This document shows, one piece after another, positions 24,037 through 28,838 of a stretch of DNA of 28,838 nt; the stretch's first letter is position 1; each line of letters opens with the position of its first letter. This DNA comes from an archaeon. GTDB taxonomy: Archaea > Iainarchaeota > Iainarchaeia > Iainarchaeales > CSSED10-239. The notes beneath the pieces were generated by a model. It was not told where the DNA came from and searched no databases. It saw only the letters and a program-made list of their open reading frames with translations. Both the position numbers and the translations under genes were made by a program. The stretch is from assembly GCA_041657425.1 (NCBI GenBank), contig JBBABY010000014.1, positions 1 through 28,838 on the forward strand, given 5' to 3'.

Positions 24037-25559
24037 TTAACTTCTTCTAAAATTATTTTTTCTATCTTTATTGTTTCACTAAATGTTGCTTTTGCTTGGT
24101 CAACTGCAATCTTTAGTTTGTCTTGGCTGTTACTGTGGATTGTAAAAATTGATTCTCCAATTTTTACTTTTTCTCCAACTTCTTTAAGAAGAATAATTCC
24201 TGCTTGTTGGTCGTGTGGAGCTCCTGAGGTTCTTGCAATTTTTGTTAAACAAGAAACGTCCATGACAACTATTTTTCCAGATTCTTCTGCTTTTATTTCT
24301 TCTGTAAATTTAGCAATTGGCACTTCTTCTGAAGAAAAGATGTGGCCGTTTTGTATTTTTATTATTTCTTTAAATTTAGTTAGTGCTTGACCTGACTTAA
24401 TTGTTTCTCTTGCTAAATCATAACCTTTTCCTTGTTCAACTCTACCAACAAGTTCAAGAAGGCATCCTGATATTTCACAAGCCTTTTCTGCTAAGTTATC
24501 AAAATATTTATTCTCAAGAACTTCAAAAGCACCTTTTGCTTCAAGAGCTGCTCCAAAGTATCTTCCACAAGGAACTTCTCCGTTTGTTAAAACCACTTTT
24601 GTTTTAATTCCTATATCTTTACTAATCTTTAAAAACTTGTTAGCCCATCTTTCTCCATCTTCTCTTGTTCTTACTTTCACTGTTGGACCAACAGGGACAT
24701 CAATTATCAAGTGTGTTGCTGAAACGCTTTTCTTTTTGGAAAGAACTGAAGCTATAACTAAGCCTTCAGGGTCAAGTCCTAGCCCATGTCTAATCTTAAT
24801 CATCTTGTCATCAGCTGGACAAAGATCAACTTTTCCGTTCCATGCAAGCATTCCTCCAACTTCTGCAACCATTCTTTTAATGTCTTTAACATCAAAAGAA
24901 ACATCAGCTAACACTTCCATACAATCTGCAGTTCCTGCTGCTGAACTGATTGATCTTGATGCAGTTTTTGGCATAATATATCCTAGAGAAGTAATAATTG
25001 GAGTAACAATCATTGAAACTCTTCCATTGATTCCGCCAATGGAGTGCTTATCAAGAACTTGAGGAACATTAAACTCTATAATGTTACCAGTTGCTGTCAT
25101 TGCTTTACAAATATCTGTTGTTTCATCAAGATTGATTCCGTTAATTGTAACTGCTGCTAAAAAAGCAGAAATTTCAATATCTGAAAGTTTATTATCTACT
25201 ATGTCATTAATTATTTCTTTAATTTCATTTTCAGCTAGTACTTTATTTTTTATTTTTTTAATAATATACTGAACTGATTGAGGAAATGGAAGAAGAGAAA
25301 CTTCAACTTGATCTCCAGTCTTTAATTTTGTAACTCCTGTTATATCTTTATATATTCCAACTGTATTTTCATCAACCACAGAATCTGTAACATCAACTAT
25401 ATAATGCAAAGTCTTATCTTTATATTTTATTCCAACTCTATTTTGAGTAAGAGCTAAAAGATCATTTGCGGTTTTTGAATGAAGTAAAGCTATTGGCTTA
25501 TCCGCATCAATATCTATTATTTTTACAGTTAATGTTTTTATATATGCCATGATTTTCAC
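24033..25559 (-). CDS. AMP phosphorylase (thymidine phosphorylase family with N-terminal extension)
   Basis: 508 aa. LDKHSIGGI, SRSISSAAGTADCME and the C-terminal alpha/beta domain are present. The ~85-aa extra N-terminal domain is characteristic of archaeal AMPpase rather than bacterial DeoA. Confidence 0.82.
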   Translation of the reverse strand: MKIMAYIKTLTVKIIDIDADKPIALLHSKTANDLLALTQNRVGIKYKDKTLHYIVDVTDSVVDENTVGIYKDITGVTKLKTGDQVEVSLLPFPQSVQYIIKKIKNKVLAENEIKEIINDIVDNKLSDIEISAFLAAVTINGINLDETTDICKAMTATGNIIEFNVPQVLDKHSIGGINGRVSMIVTPIITSLGYIMPKTASRSISSAAGTADCMEVLADVSFDVKDIKRMVAEVGGMLAWNGKVDLCPADDKMIKIRHGLGLDPEGLVIASVLSKKKSVSATHLIIDVPVGPTVKVRTREDGERWANKFLKISKDIGIKTKVVLTNGEVPCGRYFGAALEAKGAFEVLENKYFDNLAEKACEISGCLLELVGRVEQGKGYDLARETIKSGQALTKFKEIIKIQNGHIFSSEEVPIAKFTEEIKAEESGKIVVMDVSCLTKIARTSGAPHDQQAGIILLKEVGEKVKIGESIFTIHSNSQDKLKIAVDQAKATFSETIKIEKIILEEVN

Positions 25560-25572
25560 TTTTTACTTTTTT

Positions 25573-27762
25573 CTATTGTTCTGTTTCATATTTATATTTA
25601 CAATTTAAATTTGTTTTAGAAACAAATCCTAAAAGATCAGGATTAGAATCATCACAATCTTTTTCTGCATTACAGAAAGATGGACAAGTACTTGGTTTAT
25701 CTTCAGAAATTCCCCAGTTACAATAATTATCTCCATCTTTGTCTTCACAATTTATTGTATTATTAAAATTTGCTGGCCAATAAGATGTATCGGTTGGTGG
25801 TGTGATTGGAGAGTATACAATTCTAGCAGTTAAATCAGAGGCACCAGATAGCATTTTTACATATCCGTTTTCTCCAAAATCTTCACCCCAACTATTTTTA
25901 AATATATAATATGAACTTCCTTGACCAGGAGAATATTCTATAACTTTTGAATATCTGTAATCTCCAAATATACTTAAAGCACTACAATCAGTATATCCAT
26001 CAACTAAATTAAATAAAATTTCGTCTTGGCACTGATTTTCAACACATTTTTGATTTAAATCGCATATGTAATTATCAGACCATTGCCAACTATAAGGATC
26101 AACAGAATTTGCTCCTTCTTGACATTCAAATACACTTACCACACTATTATTGTTATTTGTCTCAAAACTATTTACACACATTTGCATTTGATCCCCTAAA
26201 ATATTACATTGTCTGGGGATACATTCTTTTGTTGACCCACATATTTCATCACTACTACAAACTTCTGAGATTTTCCAATCACTCTGATCACTATATCCAA
26301 CTATCGTCATTGAATGACTCCATGGACTAAATGTTCCCGCCAAAGGTCCATATTTTATAATATCTTGTTTTAGTTCTTTTTCAGTTAATGGTTTTATAAA
26401 CCAATTAGGGGTAGCGTATGAATGAAGTAATAAAAAATTACTTATTTCCCAATTTCTATTTTCGTAATTAGAACACAATCCACCACCCATAGTGCAATTG
26501 TTTATGTCTGGATAATTACAAGGATTCCCATTTTCATCAATTCCAAATGTGTCATAAACATTAGTATAAGGATAACAATTTTCGTCACATAATCCTGCAT
26601 TTTTTATCCCACAAAGCATATTTGCTAAAGTGTCAAAATTAAAAACGGTTTCACATTGTGGTAGATTTGCAGGAGGAAATCCATCAATAGGTGCCGCTCT
26701 ATATATTGTATTTGAATTAGAAACAAGACTTTGTTCAGATAAATCAATATTTAGATGTTTATTATAATACAAATTAATAATTGCTTCTACAGACCCAACT
26801 ACACTAAACATATTACATGCGGGCTCTGACATTTGGTTCTTTACAGGAGTATTCCAGTTTTCTCCATGAACATTTCTCCAGTCCCAAGAGTCTGGAAATA
26901 TTATATTATTTGAAGAAATATCTGGCGTTGTTGGAGATTCTTGATTTTCTGATCTTCTGTTATTTTCATTTGTTTCTTCTAAAATAAATATTCCGCCTTT
27001 GTAATTTAAAAATCCTTGAAAATTTGGAAGATATTCAGGAATTGTTCCATCTTCTTTTGTAAATAATCTTTTCTGTTCTTCGTAAGAGAGATTAGAAACA
27101 GAAGTTTCTCCTGCTGTCCAGCTCTTTTGAGAAGAATTATATTTCTTAATTTTTGCTTGATTTTGTGATCTTAATGTTTGTTGTTTATAACTTTTAATAT
27201 CTTTAATTTCTGTAAATTGTTTATCTTCAGGAAGTGTGTTGATTGAAGAAAGATTTAATGTTGCATCTTCTACTTGGATTTTAATTGCAACTGGAGTTAC
27301 TGGTTTATCAAGAACACAAGTTTCTTCACAAGTGTTTTCAAAATTTATTTGTTTGTTATTCTCTGATAATAAACTATTTATTTCATACACTAAATATTCG
27401 TGTTTGTCTGAATCTACAAGTATTATTCTTATAAGCCCTGCTTCTGATAGCAAAGCGGCATTGCCTGTTAATGAAAATGCGTTTACTGGTTTATCTAATT
27501 TTAATTCTATTTCTGTATTTTTTGTAAATTCTTGTAAAATTTGTTTAGTATCTAATTGTTCTTTTGTAGGAATATTAAATTCTGTGATCTTTTCAGAAAT
27601 AGGGCTTTGTAAATTTGTAGCAGTGGTTGTTTTTGAATCCAACATTTTTGTGGCATTGCCTGTTGTATTTTTAATTATAACAAAAGCAAGTATTGCAATC
27701 AAAATAATTGCGACAATTGCTAAGATCATTATTTTTTTATCTTTAGTTTTTGAAGCTTTCAT
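25573..27762 (-). CDS. Membrane-anchored papain-family (C1A) cysteine protease with Cys-rich insertion and C-terminal Cys-rich motif
   Basis: N-terminal signal anchor (IMILAIVAIILIAILAFVII). VKNQMSEPACNMFSVVGSVEA aligns without gaps to VKNQGxCGSCWAFSxxGxxE, giving catalytic Cys316. HSMTIVGY gives His483 and YYIFKNSWGEDFGENGYVKM gives Asn623. Confidence 0.85.
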   Translation of the reverse strand: MKASKTKDKKIMILAIVAIILIAILAFVIIKNTTGNATKMLDSKTTTATNLQSPISEKITEFNIPTKEQLDTKQILQEFTKNTEIELKLDKPVNAFSLTGNAALLSEAGLIRIILVDSDKHEYLVYEINSLLSENNKQINFENTCEETCVLDKPVTPVAIKIQVEDATLNLSSINTLPEDKQFTEIKDIKSYKQQTLRSQNQAKIKKYNSSQKSWTAGETSVSNLSYEEQKRLFTKEDGTIPEYLPNFQGFLNYKGGIFILEETNENNRRSENQESPTTPDISSNNIIFPDSWDWRNVHGENWNTPVKNQMSEPACNMFSVVGSVEAIINLYYNKHLNIDLSEQSLVSNSNTIYRAAPIDGFPPANLPQCETVFNFDTLANMLCGIKNAGLCDENCYPYTNVYDTFGIDENGNPCNYPDINNCTMGGGLCSNYENRNWEISNFLLLHSYATPNWFIKPLTEKELKQDIIKYGPLAGTFSPWSHSMTIVGYSDQSDWKISEVCSSDEICGSTKECIPRQCNILGDQMQMCVNSFETNNNNSVVSVFECQEGANSVDPYSWQWSDNYICDLNQKCVENQCQDEILFNLVDGYTDCSALSIFGDYRYSKVIEYSPGQGSSYYIFKNSWGEDFGENGYVKMLSGASDLTARIVYSPITPPTDTSYWPANFNNTINCEDKDGDNYCNWGISEDKPSTCPSFCNAEKDCDDSNPDLLGFVSKTNLNCKYKYETEQ

Positions 27763-27779
27763 TTTTTTGTTTCCTTTTT

Positions 27780-28097
27780 TTATTTAACAGAATCAACAAA
27801 TGTTTTTAACATTGCTTTTGGTAATGCTCCTGTCTTTTGAGTTACAAGTTTACCGTCTTTGAAAACTAGAATTGAAGGAATTGACATCACTCCAAACTTT
27901 TCTGCAGCAACTGGTGCGTGATCAATGTTTATTTTTGCACAAACAACATCTGCATTTTCCTTAGCATACTCTTCAAAAGTTCCTGCAAACATTCTACATG
28001 GCCCACACCATTCTGCCCAGAAGTCCACAACTAAGATTTTACTTTTTTTTATTTCTTCTTCATAGTTCTTGTCTGTTAGATGTAATATTTCGCTCAT
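27780..28097 (-). CDS. trxA: Thioredoxin
   Basis: VVDFWAEWCGPCR carries the active site. I prefer the ATG at 28097 (MSEILHLTD...) because it gives 105 aa and has a GGGGG Shine-Dalgarno-like run 9 nt upstream. The ORF track's longest ORF starts at 28124 and would overlap uppP. Confidence 0.9.
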   Translation of the reverse strand: MSEILHLTDKNYEEEIKKSKILVVDFWAEWCGPCRMFAGTFEEYAKENADVVCAKINIDHAPVAAEKFGVMSIPSILVFKDGKLVTQKTGALPKAMLKTFVDSVK

Positions 28098-28110
28098 TTG
28101 TCTTTTCCCC

Positions 28111-28838
28111 CTATAATAATCCAATTAAAATATAGGCAATTCCTAAAATAAAACAAAAATATGTAAAGTCAATATGCTTTGAAATCTTCATTAAGATGTC
28201 AATTGTCAAGTATCCGAAGATAAATGCAAAAGCAACTGAAACTAAAATCAATGGACTGAATGTAAATCCGTTTAAAACTAAAATACCGCATTCGGCAATA
28301 AAAATTGTAGGAATTGAAATTAAAAAACTGTACTTGAAGGCATTTTCTGGATTATGCCCTTGGAACAATAACATGCTTGTTGTTATTCCTGATCTGCTTA
28401 TTCCTGGAATTACTGATAATCCTTGAGCGCCACCAACAAAGAAAGCATCGCTATTTGAAAACTTTGGAATTGTTTCTTTTGCTTTGTTAATCTTTACTTG
28501 TAATAGTCCTGTAATCAATAAAAATATTCCAATTACGACAGTTAAAACACTTACCTGGTAAGCACTAACATTTGCTTTAACTAAGAAATAAATTGGAATT
28601 CCAATCAACAACGTAAAGAAAACAGAAATTAAAATAAATCTAGAAATATTTGTTGTATAATCAAATCTTAAATTTTTATTAAATCGTAAAAGATCATTAT
28701 ATTTTGTTTTAACAACTAATTCTTTTATATCTTTCCAGAAATAAAGAATCGCTGCAAGAAGTGTTCCAATATGTAAGAAAATAGACATATCAATTGCAGT
28801 CTGTGCTGCAACATTAAACATATTTGTTAAAATGACTA
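28111..28838 (-). CDS. uppP: Undecaprenyl/polyprenyl-diphosphate phosphatase UppP (BacA family); the N-terminus runs off the window
   Basis: The PGISRSG motif and LHIGTLLAAILYFWKDI are present, and the protein is polytopic. The frame remains open upstream of the M at 28821 to the window edge. Confidence 0.85.
   Translation of the reverse strand, partial: VILTNMFNVAAQTAIDMSIFLHIGTLLAAILYFWKDIKELVVKTKYNDLLRFNKNLRFDYTTNISRFILISVFFTLLIGIPIYFLVKANVSAYQVSVLTVVIGIFLLITGLLQVKINKAKETIPKFSNSDAFFVGGAQGLSVIPGISRSGITTSMLLFQGHNPENAFKYSFLISIPTIFIAECGILVLNGFTFSPLILVSVAFAFIFGYLTIDILMKISKHIDFTYFCFILGIAYILIGLL

Noticed and set aside
24118-27787. Plus-strand ORFs antisense to AMP phosphorylase (24118..24390, 24401..24607, 24637..25062, 25081..25272) and the C1 protease (26109..26330, 27236..27787)
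   Set aside because: The minus-strand genes carry complete catalytic motifs, whereas the antisense products lack any family signature. I see no evidence for overprinting without expression data.
28097-28124. Longer thioredoxin ORF starting at 28124 (MDYYRGKRQ...), overlapping uppP by 14 nt
   Set aside because: The Met at 28097 gives a canonical ~105-aa thioredoxin N-terminus (MSEILHLTD, cf. E. coli MSDKIIHLTD). It also has a G-rich ribosome-binding site at the proper spacing. The extension is probably not translated, although I cannot exclude it.

Overview
AT-rich, very gene-dense archaeal window. About 33 protein genes sit with gaps of 0-30 nt, and two convergent gene pairs overlap by 4 nt. 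TBP, Spt5, family-B DNA polymerase, L21e, Rpo4, AglB/STT3, FtsZ and an archaeal-type 5S rRNA establish that it is archaeal. The compaction, the small proteins, the AMP-salvage genes and the many membrane-anchored surface proteins fit a small-genome DPANN-like archaeon; this is inference only. Gene blocks in order: (1) 1-1580, the 3' part of a GLUG-motif tandem-repeat surface protein. (2) 1586-1750, a Sec61-beta gene missed by the ORF track. (3) 1851-6108, a five-gene type IV pilus-like operon ending in a GspE/FlaI-family ATPase. (4) 6117-12103 on the minus strand: two unknown envelope proteins, MetAP, a CARDB-like anchored protein, uL11, Spt5, SecE (missed by the ORF track) and FtsZ. (5) 12244-13152, ribose-1,5-bisphosphate isomerase / eIF-2B family. 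(6) 13159-16299 on the minus strand, PolB and a membrane protein. (7) 16415-17497, an Nre-like protein with a C-terminal PIP box. (8) 17494-21770 on the minus strand: PNPOx-like protein, GT4 GlcNAc-1-P transferase, AglB, 5S rRNA and TBP. (9) 22014-24036: L21e, Rpo4, DUF655 and KsgA. (10) 24033-28838 on the minus strand: AMP phosphorylase, a membrane-anchored papain-like protease, thioredoxin and UppP (partial). No CRISPR array, transposase, integrase or tRNA was recognised. The observations most worth a second look are: the pilus-like operon, which has two unrecognisable components and no adjacent platform protein; the mosaic-identical repeat and in-frame G9 tract in the GLUG gene; an apparent frameshift on A_AAA_AAC at the AglB start; a C1 protease with a large Cys-rich insertion between catalytic His and Asn; and a PolB with non-canonical motif A and B residues.
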